The notes under the pieces were generated by a model. It made no database searches, had not been told where the DNA came from, and worked only from the letters and a program-made list of their open reading frames with translations. A DNA stretch of 64,000 bases from assembly GCA_964016885.1 (NCBI GenBank), contig OZ024749.1, forward strand, positions 10,602,001 through 10,666,000. Direction: 5' to 3'. This DNA is from Eledone cirrhosa. Taxonomy: Eukaryota. This document shows, piece by piece, positions 25,651 through 38,029 of this stretch (within the stretch, counting starts at the first letter, position 1; every line of letters starts with the position of its first letter). The translations under genes were made by a program, and so were the position numbers.

Positions 25651-26166
25651 GTCAGAATAAGATCCAAAGAAGAATCAACATTATTGGTCCTGACTCATCA
25701 TGTCAGCATCACCATCATACCATTGAAATGTTGCCACTTTGGCTCTTTTATATTTTCATAGGTATTATTCTAAGCTTTCCTGTTCATTGCCTCGTCTTCG
25801 CAGGTTTAAATGAAGTACCAGATTGGTGGCTATGTCTCATCCATTCACAGTCGAAGTTCCTAAATGTAATCCCAAATTCTATTTTCATAGTTTCTTCCAT
25901 CATACATTATAGCTGGGGAATTCTCTTCCCGGTTTTTGCTTTCCTCACCACAACAATTTGTTCTCTCTGTCTTGACCTCTCATCTCAGTAACCCCTTGAA
26001 TTTTTGTTGCTTTATTGCTTCGCTTAGGGTTAGCAAAAAAACAAAAAAACAACAACAACAAAGCTCACACAGACATACACATAAACACACACACACACAC
26101 ATACATACATAAAGCTATACAGCTACACACAAACACATACAAACAACAGCACAGACACACACATAC

Positions 26167-26285
26167 CTGTCTTGCTGTGGCTGTGGTCGTCCTTCAATGC
26201 AATTTAACAGGATTGGTATAAATTCTGCTTGTTGACTAGACTCTAATCGTGGGTAACCTTTCTTTATGTAAAGCATTGTAAAATT
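26167..26285 (-). CDS. ECM29: ECM29 coding exon 4 (NFTMLYIKKGYPRLESSQQAEFIPILLNCIEGRPQPQQD)
   Basis: ctttcag|AAT TTT ACA ... GAC AG|GTATGT, 119 nt. Matches ECM29 NFTIIYVKMGYPRL...EGKPQPQQDS. Confidence 0.95.
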
Positions 26286-26354
26286 CTGAAAGGAGACAAC
26301 AAATATAAAAAATCAGTATTTAATATTGCATTTAAAAATCAAGAGACCTATATA

Positions 26355-27603
26355 CAGGGTGCGGACGGTATTTGAGGACAGATTTATGGTTTAAAAAAAG
26401 CGCTTATATAATAACAGAAAAAAAACAGTATTCTTATAAAAATAACAAACATAAAGCTAAATTATCAATTTAATAATTTCATTCAATAAAACCAGCATAA
26501 GCATCAATAACTACCTCTACGCGGGGTCGAAATCTTTTACAAGCTCAGATTAAGTGGTCCTTGTTCATATCGGACATGACTCGAATTATGGTGGCTTTCA
26601 AAGAATCTTTGGTGCTATGGGGGTGTTCATTGACATTTTTCTCAACAGTGCTCCATACATAGTAATCCAGTGGATTGAGATCTGGAGGATTAGGAGGCTA
26701 AGTGTTGGGGGTGATGTGATCATGCAAATTGTCAGCCATCCATTCTTGTCATTTGAGCCTTGTGTGATGGTGCCGAATCTTGTTGAAAGACATAAGGCCT
26801 TCCATTGCATACACTGTTGATCCAAGGCTTAACAACTTTATCCAGAACCTCAATATATGCAGCAGCATTCACCCTAAGGCCTTGTGGAAAAAAGTGAGGA
26901 GGCATCACATGTCCTTCATTCCTAACAACACCCAAAACCATGACACTTGCAGGAAAATGTGTGCATTACTCTTGTAACCTCAGAAGGGTCTGCACATAGC
27001 CACCTGTCATTTCTTCTGTTAGTTTTCTGGTCCTGGTCAAAGTTTTTTTCATCTGAGAAAAACCAAATCACACCATTTTCTGATGGATTTTTAAGTTAGT
27101 TTAAAAGTCTTTGGGATCTGATTAAACACTTTTCTTTTGTTTTTTCTGACATGAATTGACCTCGTCTCATCACGTAAGATTTGTATCTGATGTCTTCATG
27201 CACAACATTTCTGATTGTTTTTTCTGACACACCAACATTTTTTGCAATTGACCTCATTGATTTTCCTGGATTGTCATCAATGTTTTGCTTAACTTCCTGA
27301 ATAAATTCAGGTGTCCTGATACAATCAGAGCGTTTGGAATGTTTTTTACATTTTGATACAGGTAATACACTTCCAAGTTCTTTCTCTAACTCACACCGAA
27401 TCTTGTGAACAAAAGATCTTGCAACTTTCAGAAAACGAGAAATTTCTAAATCCCCATGCTTAGCCTTCAAAGCCACAATCACATCATGCCTTTTCATTTC
27501 ATTAGTAAGCATAGTTATTTTCAATGTTACTTTCTGAATAAAAATTAGTCAAATAAAACAATGACTAAAAGTACACGTGTCCTCAAATACTGTCTGCACT
27601 CTG
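26355..27603 (-). mobile_element. Full-length but decayed Tc1/mariner transposon of the DD37D (maT) family
   Basis: 26-bp TIRs CAGGGTGCGGACGGTATTTGAGGACA / TGTCCTCAAATACTGTCTGCACTCTG (3 mismatches) with TA flanks. HTH ORF at 27096-27524, then FSDEK, FQQDSAPSH and PDLNPLDYYVW. About 37 residues lie between the last two Asp after repairing a frameshift. Confidence 0.92.
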
Positions 27604-27604
27604 T

Positions 27605-27660
<56 letters not shown>

Positions 27661-27998
27661 CTAGATTTACCATCTTTCTAGCGGGTCCGGGTATGCTTTT
27701 TACATTCATTTGATGTATTGATTTATTGATATTTTATCTGAGTGTCCCGAATCTTCCATATCGCAATTTTTCGGTCGTATGGTTGATTGTAGACATATTC
27801 TATGTGTGACGGTATTTTAACGATAGTTATAGCTCTGATTTATCTGAATTATTGAGCCCCGCTCATATCGAATTTTGTTTATCGTGAACTCGTGCGCCGA
27901 TTTTTCGATACTCGATTATTCTACTATATATATATATATATATATAAAGTACCAGTAATGTACTGGGTAATTGCTGGCCTTGTGCCAAAAGTAGAAAC

Positions 27999-28041
<43 letters not shown>

Positions 28042-28139
28042 AAAGTTTTATTTAAAATTGTTGGGTTACAACGAGTAAATATTTTATAACTGATATAAAA
28101 GCACTCAACAAGTTATATATATATATATATATATACATA

Positions 28140-28313
28140 CAGTGAAATTCCATTATAACAAAATTCATGGGGTATAAAAAAATATTTGTAACAAAAAATT
28201 CTTTATAACGAGATCACCTGAAACACATCAAGTGTGTGGCCAGGGATTCAAAAAAATTTCGCTATACTGAAAAATTTGTTATAATGGTATTCATTATAAC
28301 GCAATTTTACCAC
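28140..28313. mobile_element. pogo/Tigger-like MITE remnant
   Basis: TA-CAGTGAAATTCCATTATAAC start, imperfect ATTATAACGCAATTTTACCAC end, and repeated subterminal TTATAAC motifs. Confidence 0.55.
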
Positions 28314-28865
28314 ATTACCATAACAGAAATCCGATGAGCTTTTGATTCCAGAGTCAGACCCGATCGATACAGATCGAACCTGGAGCTGATCAATCGCGAA
28401 ATGCGTCACACCTCAATAAATGTAATCAAACTTTAACACCGCATCCATTTTATTATAATATATATATATATATATATATAATCATTAACATCATTTAATG
28501 TCTGCTTTCTCTGATAGCAATGGTTAAACGGGTTTTCTTAGAGCAAGTCAGCACTGAAGCAGGACTACTGTCCTACCAGCCAGGCTGAGAGATCTCACTT
28601 ACATATGGCCCCATGCTCTACTTGGCGTATTTTATTGTGCTACCAGATGTTGCCATGTTCTTCACTGAACGGTCCACACTGTTTGGAAAGCTCTTCAAGT
28701 AATGTAGAATTATACTTCTACCAACTCTCTGTTTAGTCTACTAATATACTTTACTATTTCAGGTATTTTAATATTGTTCTGGTTTTAAAGGTTCACCAGT
28801 CCTCGTGTCAGTAGTTTTCCTATGATTTTCAATCAAAACTCAAAAATATTCATCCCCCATTTTCC

Positions 28866-31245
28866 CAGAGGTGAGGTTGTAGAGATGCTTGAACAAAAGA
28901 AAGTTGATCTATGCTGTGTACAAGAGACTAAATGGAGGGGGGGGGGGGGGGGGCTACATTCCTTGTGGGAAAAAAATGAGGATACACATTTTTCTCAGTG
29001 GGAAATAACAGGCTGGGTGGAGTAGGGTTCTTGTTAGGAGAAAAATGGATAGATTGCTGAAAATAGATTGAATGAATCATTAAAATCAGACTAATACTAA
29101 ACAAAACAACCATGTCAATTATAACTGCTTATGCAACCCAGTCTGGTCTACCAGACATTATAAAAGACAGGTTCTATGAGTCCTTAATGCACACTACTTC
29201 CCAAATAAATAATAATGACTTCATAATTATTGCTGGCAACTTTAATTGGACAATATTGCGATGGCTTTGACGGGATCCATGGAGGTTATGGATTTGGTAC
29301 TAGAAATGAGGAAGGTTTCAGGATCCTGGAATTCTGTGATGCCAATGAGCCATCAATCTGTAACACAAACTTAAAAAAACGAAACAATCACTTGATCACT
29401 TATACCAGCCAGATAGATTTTATCCTTACTAGAAGACAAAACAAAGTTCCTCCCTGGTGAAGAATGTACCTCCCTAATAATTAGGGACCTTATAGTTAGG
29501 GCTAGATGAACCTGAAGACAGAGGACAACCTGGAGGAGAGTGTGGAAGTTAAAGGACCTCACAGCCAGTAACAAATTTAGATGTTGCTTGATGCTTTCGA
29601 CAGTAAGGAAGAGCAAATAGAGAAGTAGAATACAGAGAAGTGGAAATTCCTGAAAGATAACCTACTGAAGAAGACAAACAAAATCTGTACTTGGAGAAGA
29701 CCTCTAGGGAGAAGGAGAGTGACTTGGTGGTGGAACAGTAGGGTGGAGGAGACATCATCATCATCATCATCATCATTTTACGTCCGCTTTTCCCTGCTTG
29801 CAAGGGTGGGACAGGAACTGATTCTGGCTTGATTTCTACAGCTGGATGCCCTTCCTAACACCAACCTCATTTACAGTGAGTGCTGGGTGCTTTTTTGCCG
29901 TGGCACCCCCACGACCACTTTGCAGTGGAATGATAGGGACCCCAGTCCCTATCATCTCATTTCTACAGCTGAGTAAACTGGAGCAATGTGAAATAAAGTG
30001 TCTTGCTCATGGAAACAACACATCACCCAGTCTGAGAATTGAACTCACAACCTTTCGATTGCAAGGCCAATGCTCTAACCACTAAGCCATGTGCCTCCAT
30101 AACAATTAAGACCTAAAGACAGGCATGGAAAGAATTGCAGGATGGGGAAGTAGAGAACACTACCAGGAGATGAGGAGAGAAGCTAGACGACAAGTGTACT
30201 TTGCAAGAAGGGAAGCAGAAAAATTTAAGCCTGTTTTGTAGTGTGAGGACGAAAGGTGTGAGGTGTTCGGGATCATGAGGGAATGTCTTAGAGAAAATTA
30301 TGATGTCATTGGGGCGAAGTGAGTCGATGATGATAACAGAGTACTTGCCCTCACTGATGCTGAAAAGAAGGTAGCATGAAAGTGCCATTATGAAAGACTA
30401 CTAAAAGAGGAGAATGAATGGGATGTAGATATTTTGCCCCAAGTTGACCCAACAGAGGGACCGGCTGTGCAAGTTAGGAGTAGTATAGTAAGTAAGGCAA
30501 TCAAAGATATGAAGACAGGCAAAACAGCTGGACCTTCAGGGATAGTTGCTCAGGTGTTGAAGGCATGGTGCAAATGAACTGAGAGAGAAATTGAGCATAA
30601 GAGGGATCAGATACAGTGTGAAAGAGAGGAGATTGCATTGGTATGGTCATGTGATGTGTATGAAGGATGAAATATGTATAAAAAGGTGTAGGGTGATCAA
30701 AGTTGATGGAAGCTATGGAGTAGGAAGACCTAGGATGAGGTAATAAAAGCTGACCTTGCACAATTGCACCTCTCAAATCAATGACACAGGATTGAGATCT
30801 TTGGCGTTATTCAGTAATACAGAAGACCTGCTTTCCCATGTGCATGGAGTAAAGCATACATCTAGTATGAACCTCTTAACCACTATCCTCCCTCCTTCTT
30901 CCATACACCTCCCATGCCCTAACACCCCACTCACATCTGATCATACCACCCTTCTCCCATGCCATTACACCCTTGCCTCAATCCCCAGCCCACACTATAA
31001 AGTGGTCGTGTAGGTTTCACAACAAAAAGCACAAAGCCCACACTTTAAAGAAGTTGTGTAGGTGTCACGACAAAAGGTATCCAGCCCACACTGTAAATGT
31101 GGTTTGCATTATAAAAGGCATCCAGCCATAGAAACAGTTGTGTGTGAGCAAGACATGATCACCTGACCTGACTTACCTGAAATGGGACAACCCGTCTAAC
31201 CCATGCTGGCGTGGAAAAAGACGTTAAACAATGATAATGATGGTG
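28866..31245 (+). mobile_element. Fragmented RTE LINE (endonuclease, linker, 3' end) with nested SINE/RTE-tail insertions at about 29755-30100
   Basis: VDLCCVQETKW, HGGYGFGTRNEEG..ILEFC, SQIDFIL, IKDMKTGK..GPSG. The tail is CCCATGCTGGCGTGGAAAAAGACGTTAAAC followed by (GAT)n-like repeats. Confidence 0.8.
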
Positions 31246-32245
31246 ACACACTCTCTCACATACAAACACACATATATGTGATCAAATCTCTGAGTTTATA
31301 AGTCTTAAAGATTTTTTCTTTTATTTAACCTTTTTCTTATATTTCTAATGAAAGACACTACCTATTATTTTCAAATCACTTTGAAAATAATCAAGAATTT
31401 CAAGGGATTTAGTAATATAACAAACTTTCTCATTATTAAACTGATATTTGAAGCATAAGTGAACAAAACTTCCTATATAAAATTATGATAGAAGGTTTTT
31501 AAATAAATAGAGACACTTTAAAACAAAGAGTTTTGCTTTGATAAACGAGGGGCAGTTTCAGGCAGGTATCAAAGAGTTTTGCTTTGATGAACGAGGGGCA
31601 ATTTCAGGCAGGTATGAAAAAGGGCAACCAAATTCCAGTGAAAAGGCATTGGTAGCCCCAAAGCTAGAGCAGAAGAAACTTGTTTAAGGTACTGTGCTGT
31701 GCTGTGAGAGTGAACCTGGAATTACATGATTGTGAAACAATTCTTAAACCACACAGCCGTGGCTGTGCTCTTTACAATGATCTGGCAACCCATTGATGGA
31801 TCAATGAGAAAATATCAATCTATTGATTCTATTATACATGTGGCCGATAAATAAAATATTCAATGCAAAAGAGCATCTGTCATCAATATCTGTGGTATTG
31901 ATCTGTATAAAACCAATCTGTTGTTAACAACAACATTGCTATTCATTTTATTGTCTAGATTGTTTCATGTTTGCATAATTAATGGGATCACCACGGCAAC
32001 TGTAGAGAATGATAATGAGAACCAGTATACATGTGTGTGTGTGTGTACATCCACACACACATATATATCATCATCATCATCACCGTTTTATGTCCATTCT
32101 TCCATGGGTTAGCATGGGTTAGACGGGTTGTCCTGTTGTGGGCAGTGTCCAGTCGGTTGACCATGCCTTGCTCATACGGGAACTGATTCTGGCTTGATTT
32201 CTACAGCGGGATGCCCTTCCTAACACTATATATATATATATATAT

Positions 32246-32750
32246 ATCTTGCCTAAGTACAAAGCGAAACCTAGTCAGTAGGCACCTCTTAACCAAAAAT
32301 ACACCCCCATCCCACTACCCCTACCCCCACCCCCATCAACACCACCCCTTTCTATGTAAAGATATGTTGGTACCACAACATCAGTCCTAAATAAATGAGG
32401 TTGTGTAGGTGTCATGACAAAAAACACAGTCCACTCTGTAATATGTCCGTGTAGGTAACATGGTAAAAACCTCCCAGTCCACACTGTAAATGTGGTTGGT
32501 GTTAGGAAGGGCATCCAGCCGTAGAAAACCCGCCAGACAGTCCACGCTGTAATATGTCCGTGTAGGTAACATGGTAAAAACTTCCCAGTCCACACTGTAA
32601 ACGTGGTTGGTGTTAGGAAGGGCATCCAGCCGTAGAAAACCCGCCAGACAGTCCTATACGAGCAAGACAACCACTCTTGCCTCAAGTGGGACAATTCCCG
32701 TCTAAACCCATGCTAGCGTGGAAGATAGACGTTAAACGATGATGATGATA
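32246..32750 (+). mobile_element. RTE 3'-end element with an internal ~111-bp duplication
   Basis: Near-identical to 44470-44840 and 60835-61203. Contains GTTAGGAAGGGCATCCAGCCGTAGAAA and GACGTTAAAC(GAT)n. Confidence 0.8.
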
Positions 32751-32761
32751 TATATTAGTGA

Positions 32762-32880
32762 AGGCGTGTGGCTGAGTGGTTAGATAGTTGGATTCGCAAT
32801 CGTGAGGTTGTGAGTTCGATTCCCGGACCGGGCGATGCGTTATGTCCTTGAGCAAGACCTTTTATTTCATGTTGCTCCTT
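32762..32880 (+). mobile_element. tRNA-derived SINE head (CORE-like body)
   Basis: GGCGTGTGGCTGAGTGGTTAG ... GAGTTCGATTCC ... GTCCTTGAGCAAGAC. Related copies at 53532-53845 (+) and about 29960-30098 (-). Confidence 0.75.
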
Positions 32881-33419
32881 CTACCTGGAGTTGCCACCAA
32901 TAGGTAGTCTTAGCAATTGGAAAGACCATTGGAAACATCGTTTTCTAGGTCCGATTTGAGGAAAGTTGATTGATTGACTGTAGAGAGAGAGAGAGAGAGA
33001 CGGGGCGGGGACGAAATGGCAGAGAAGGAGTCAGTGGGCAGATCTTACAGGCAAAGCCAACAGGCAGAAGACCCAGGGCAAGATGGTTGCATAACATCAA
33101 TGAGCTCAGCTGGTCTAACTCGGGGACCCAGCGGATCAGTCACAAGGCCAACAGGAAGGCATGCTTGAGGATTCCGTCCCCAACAACTCTACCAGGAATA
33201 AGTGGAAGGAGAAGTGGTAGAGAACATTGGATAAAATACTTTGTTGTATTCATTCCAGCTCTTTGAAGGTTGATGAAATAAAGTACCAGTCACATACTAG
33301 GGTAAATTTAACCAATTTTCCCACTCCTTTTGATATGTTTCAAACAACTTAATGAAAATATTAATCATATTGCAAAATCCTTTCAAAATCTTGATTATCT
33401 TCAGAATTATTTGAAAAAT

Positions 33420-34420
33420 CATAGACAATGAAGCGGAGATGTATTTGTTTTGGAAGGTTTTTGATATGAAATTGTGTGTTGAAGCTGAACTATATACAGC
33501 ACTTCATCAATCGTATGCAGTTCTCTGGCTATAACCAAATAGACAGGATCAGGGTGTACAAAGGAGTTACAGCGAAATACAAGACTCTCACAGAGATGGA
33601 CATGAAATGGATTTGCCCGCAAATCATAGAATAGCATAGATAGGACTCGGCAAAAGATAGGGAAAGCCAACTCATGGTACATCAACCAAAGTGTCATGTT
33701 CATGAATGCAACCCCTGGAGGTGGACTAGTTAACCAATTTAGAAAGGCCCTAAGAAAAACCTATTTAAATATTAAAGTGGTAGAAAAGCCAGGAACTACC
33801 ATAAAATCCCTGATCAGTAAAACTTAACCCTTTAAGAAAACCCGTTGCACAAATAAGAAATGTGTAATATGTAAAGTCTACAAATAAATTATAAAACTAA
33901 AAATGTAGTCTATAGCATAAGATGTACAGGGGGTGCCTGTAGAAACATGACAACGACATACATAGGTGAGACAGCTCGAAGCATAGGAGAGAGAATAGAC
34001 CAACACTGGGAGGAACTAAAACGACAAAAAGACGGTTCGGTACTATATCAACACATCAGACTAAGACATGATGGTAATATAGACAACATAGAAATTAAAA
34101 TATCTAAACATAGAAACGACTTAAAAATTAGACAAATTATGGAGGCTACAGAAATAGAATTAAGAAAACCTAGGCTGAACAGAAAACATGAATGGAATAA
34201 CAACAATACACAAACACACACTAGTGATCTAAGATAGAATATAAATATACACAGATGCAATAACGGAAGGAATCATGATAATCACTGAAGATGTCACAGA
34301 TGTGTGTGTCAAAAGAACTTTGAGTAACAATACTCATATTTATATTTTTAACTGTTGGTCAATCAATGATAAACATTGATTGCCAGCTAAATTATTTATA
34401 GAAATATAAAACTATACTGA
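33420..34420 (+). mobile_element. Penelope-like retroelement 3' remnant with GIY-YIG endonuclease
   Basis: KNVVYSIRC ... YIGETARSIGERIDQH ... RQIMEATEI...PRLN. A degenerate hammerhead-like core follows at 34285. Confidence 0.85.
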
Positions 34421-34794
34421 TGTGAAAACCAAACCAATCAGTGAGTGCATTTTACAAAATTTTTCTGGCAATAATAGGACAACATGACCCTCCCCAAATA
34501 TAACATAGACAATGTATTTTATTAGAAATAAGGTAACGAAATATTGAAATCAAACTCTCAGTTTTATGCAATAACATCTTATTAATCTATGTCCCAAAGA
34601 TTGGCAGAATTGGTAGAGCATTGGACAAAAAGGTATTGCAGTATTTGTTCTGGCATTTTAAGTTCCAATCCCACCAAGGTCAACTTTGCTTTTTGTCCTT
34701 CCAGGGTCAATAAAATAAAGTATCAGTACAGTCAAGTACTTGGATTGATTTAATCAACTTTACCCAACCTCTAAATCTGCTGACTTGTGTCTAA

Positions 34795-34995
34795 CCCTTT
34801 ACATTACTCTATATTTACTATTATATTTTCACGGTAAAGGCTTTATCTCACATAATTTTGAATCTATGAGATTTTGATATTATTTATTTTGAGAACAATA
34901 CCTTAACATAAGTATGAGCAACTGGTTACAGCTGGTTTGAACAGAAAAAGGTGAGACAATTCTGGCCGGATATGGCCAGTTTAAATGCTAAAGGG
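34795..34995. mobile_element. piggyBac-like MITE (uninterrupted copy)
   Basis: CTAA-CCCTTTACATT ... AAATGCTAAAGGG-TTAA. Confidence 0.7.
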
Positions 34996-35029
34996 TTAAA
35001 TTAGAATACAATATTTGTTCCAAACAACT

Positions 35030-35360
35030 AAATGTTAAGTCATACCACCACATGTTAAGTCATACCAACACATGTTAAGTTATACCACAACATGTTAAAT
35101 CAACACATGTTAAGTCATACCACCACATGTTAAGTCATACCACCACATGTTAAGTCATACCACCGCATGTTAAGTCATACCACCACATGTTAAATCATAG
35201 CACAACATGTTAAGTCATACCACAACATGTTAAATCAACACATGTTAAGTCATACCACCACATGTTAAATCATACCACAACATGTTAAGTCATAACACAA
35301 CATGTTAAGTCATACTACCACATGTTAAATCATATCACCACATGTTAAGCCATACCACAA
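35030..35360. repeat. 20/21-bp minisatellite (CATGTTAAGTCATACCACCA)n
   Basis: About 16 direct tandem copies are visible. Confidence 0.92.
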
Positions 35361-36144
35361 AATCTTTCCAAATTCTTGATTTTTTTTTGAAAATTATTTG
35401 AAATAGCACAGACAGTGTATTTTAGTAGAAATATGGTCATGCCATAGAAAGGGGGGTTTCTATCTTGATTTACACTCATATTGCCAATTTTAATACTAGA
35501 CATATGAGAATGCATGGCAGTCTTTGATACTACTTTGTAGTTTGGTGGCATTGAAAGATGCAAGAATGGAAATGGAGAAGGAAAGTAAAAGAAAAAAAAA
35601 TCAATGTTTATTATTTCATATTCTTTAGCAACAGTATTCTCTTTCCAGACTGCATTGGCAGATATATGCCAAATTATTAGTAGCTTTTTTAGTGTGTGTA
35701 TATATATATATATATATAATACATATATATATGTATATATATATATATAATACACATGCTCACACACATACACACAAACACACATATATATATATATATG
35801 TGTATATAATACACACGCACACATATATACATATAATACACACACACACATATATATAATACACACGCACATAAATACATATATATATATTTAATACACA
35901 TGCACACACATATTTAATACACATGCACACACATTTAATACACATGCACACACATACATATATTTAATACACATGCACACACATACACACACACATATAC
36001 ATACATACATACACACATACAGACATACATACATATATATGGTTCCTTTACAAAAGTTCTATATTAAGAACGTTGCAGTAGGAAATTTGTTTTGATAAAG
36101 AAACTTGGCAGTCTTATTCTTGGGAGCAACAGAATCATCAGCAA

Positions 36145-36975
36145 CACACTTACCACCACTACCACTACCACACCACCACTACCACTACCACACCACCACT
36201 ACCACTACCACACCACCACTACCACCACTACTACTGCTACTACCACCACACCACTACTACTACCACCACCACCACCACCACTACTACTACTACCACCACT
36301 ACCACCACTACTACTGCTATCACCACCACTACCACCACTACTACTACCACCACACCGCCACCACTACACCACCACCACCACCACTACTACTACCACTACC
36401 ATCACACCGCCCCCACTACCACCACCACCACACCACCACTACTACTACAACCACCACTACCACCACATCACCACTACCACCACTACTACTGCTATCACCA
36501 CCACTACCACCACACCACCACTACCACCACTACTACTGCTATCACCACCACTACCACCACCACACCACTACTACTACCACCACACCACCACCACCACCAC
36601 TACTACCACCACACCACCACTACCACCACACCATCAACACTACCACCACCACCACACCACCACTACCACTACTACCACACCACCACCAACACTACTACCT
36701 CGACCACCATCACTGCACCCACCACCATTACTACCACCATCACCACACCCACCACTACCACCACCACCACCATCACTACACCCACCACTACCACACCACC
36801 ATCACTACACCCACACCCACCACCACTACCACACCACCACCACCACCATCACTACACCCACCACCACCACACGCACCACTACCACACCACCATCACTACA
36901 CCCACACCCACCACTACCACACCACCATCACCACACCCACCACTACCACACCTCTACTACCCTTAGCACCACTGC
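36145..36975. repeat. (CAC/TAC)n low-complexity trinucleotide tract
   Basis: About 830 bp of C/A-rich, nearly G-free repeats. Confidence 0.95.
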
Positions 36976-37235
36976 CACTACTAGTACCATTAACAAATAA
37001 TTGACTTTCCCCTCCCCTAAATGCCTAAACCAGAAACCATTATTATTTTAAATCTGTTTCTTCCATGCTTGTATGTGTTGGACATCCCATCTCCATCATA
37101 GCCTGCCTCGTGTTTCATCGTCTCCTCTCTGATGTTCAGCATTTGAAGATCAGCTCTCACCACCTCTGCCCAGGTCTTCCTCTACTGCAGCTTCTTTCCA
37201 CTGATACATTTTGGCACTTCTTCACCCAATGATCA

Positions 37236-37841
37236 TCTATATTTATAAAACTGAGGATGTCTGTGTGTGTGTGTGTGAGTTTGAATCCCTAAAACTCGAG
37301 AAGTACCCAACCGACTTTTTTCAAACTTTACATGTGTATTACTTATGTTTCAGGGAGTGTTATGCACATAAAAATTCAACTTTTTGATCACCTAGGGCCC
37401 GCATTAGTTGAAAAACTGCGTTTTTTCAGGTTTTTAGAGCTTTTTGAGTCGTTACGTCAGACTGATTTCCTTGAAATTGTAACTATGTATTAGTCAGTCT
37501 CTTCACATAGTGAGGAAAGAAAATCCAACTAGGTGAAAACTTCATTTTTTCAGCTTTTTAGGGCTTTTTTGAGGCGTTACGTCCAGCCGATTTTCCCGAA
37601 ATTTCAAGGCATATTATGCACATAAAAAATTCATTTTCTTCATCCCCTAGGGCCTGCATTAGGTGAATATTGCATTTTTCTTGCTTCATCGAGGAAAATC
37701 TTAAAGATTATCCAGCCATCAGAGTATTCAGTTTATTTTCTTTACATATTGTCTACACATGCAGTTTTTCCACGATTAGGTCTGTTGGTGGCCCGCGTTC
37801 CAAAATACCTTATCCCGTGCAATGCCGGGTACCACTGCTAG
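37236..37841 (+). mobile_element. Non-autonomous Helitron-like element
   Basis: 5' TC (A|TCTATATTTATAAA), internal (GT)n and imperfect repeats, subterminal hairpin CCCGTGCAATGCCGGG and 3' CTAG|T. It is inserted between A and T with no TSD. Confidence 0.8.
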
Positions 37842-38029
37842 TCATCTATAAACAACACAAGTCAATACCAGCACAGTCAGTCTTCTCTTGTACAGTATAT
37901 CTGTATATCCAGTTTTCTCTCTCTCAGTTCACACGTTTCACCATTTATATATAATAGGTCCTTCATCAGTTTCAGCGATGAGCATTCACTTGCTCAATCA
38001 ACAGAACAATTTCTTCTATTCAATTTTAA

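Noticed and set aside
32762-32835. tRNA gene
   Set aside because: It has A/B boxes but no complete cloverleaf and continues into a SINE body with dispersed copies.
36092-37004. ~300-aa Pro/Thr/His-rich ORFs (extensin- or mucin-like)
   Set aside because: They are translations of a CAC/TAC low-complexity tract open in several frames, with non-ATG starts and no splice support.
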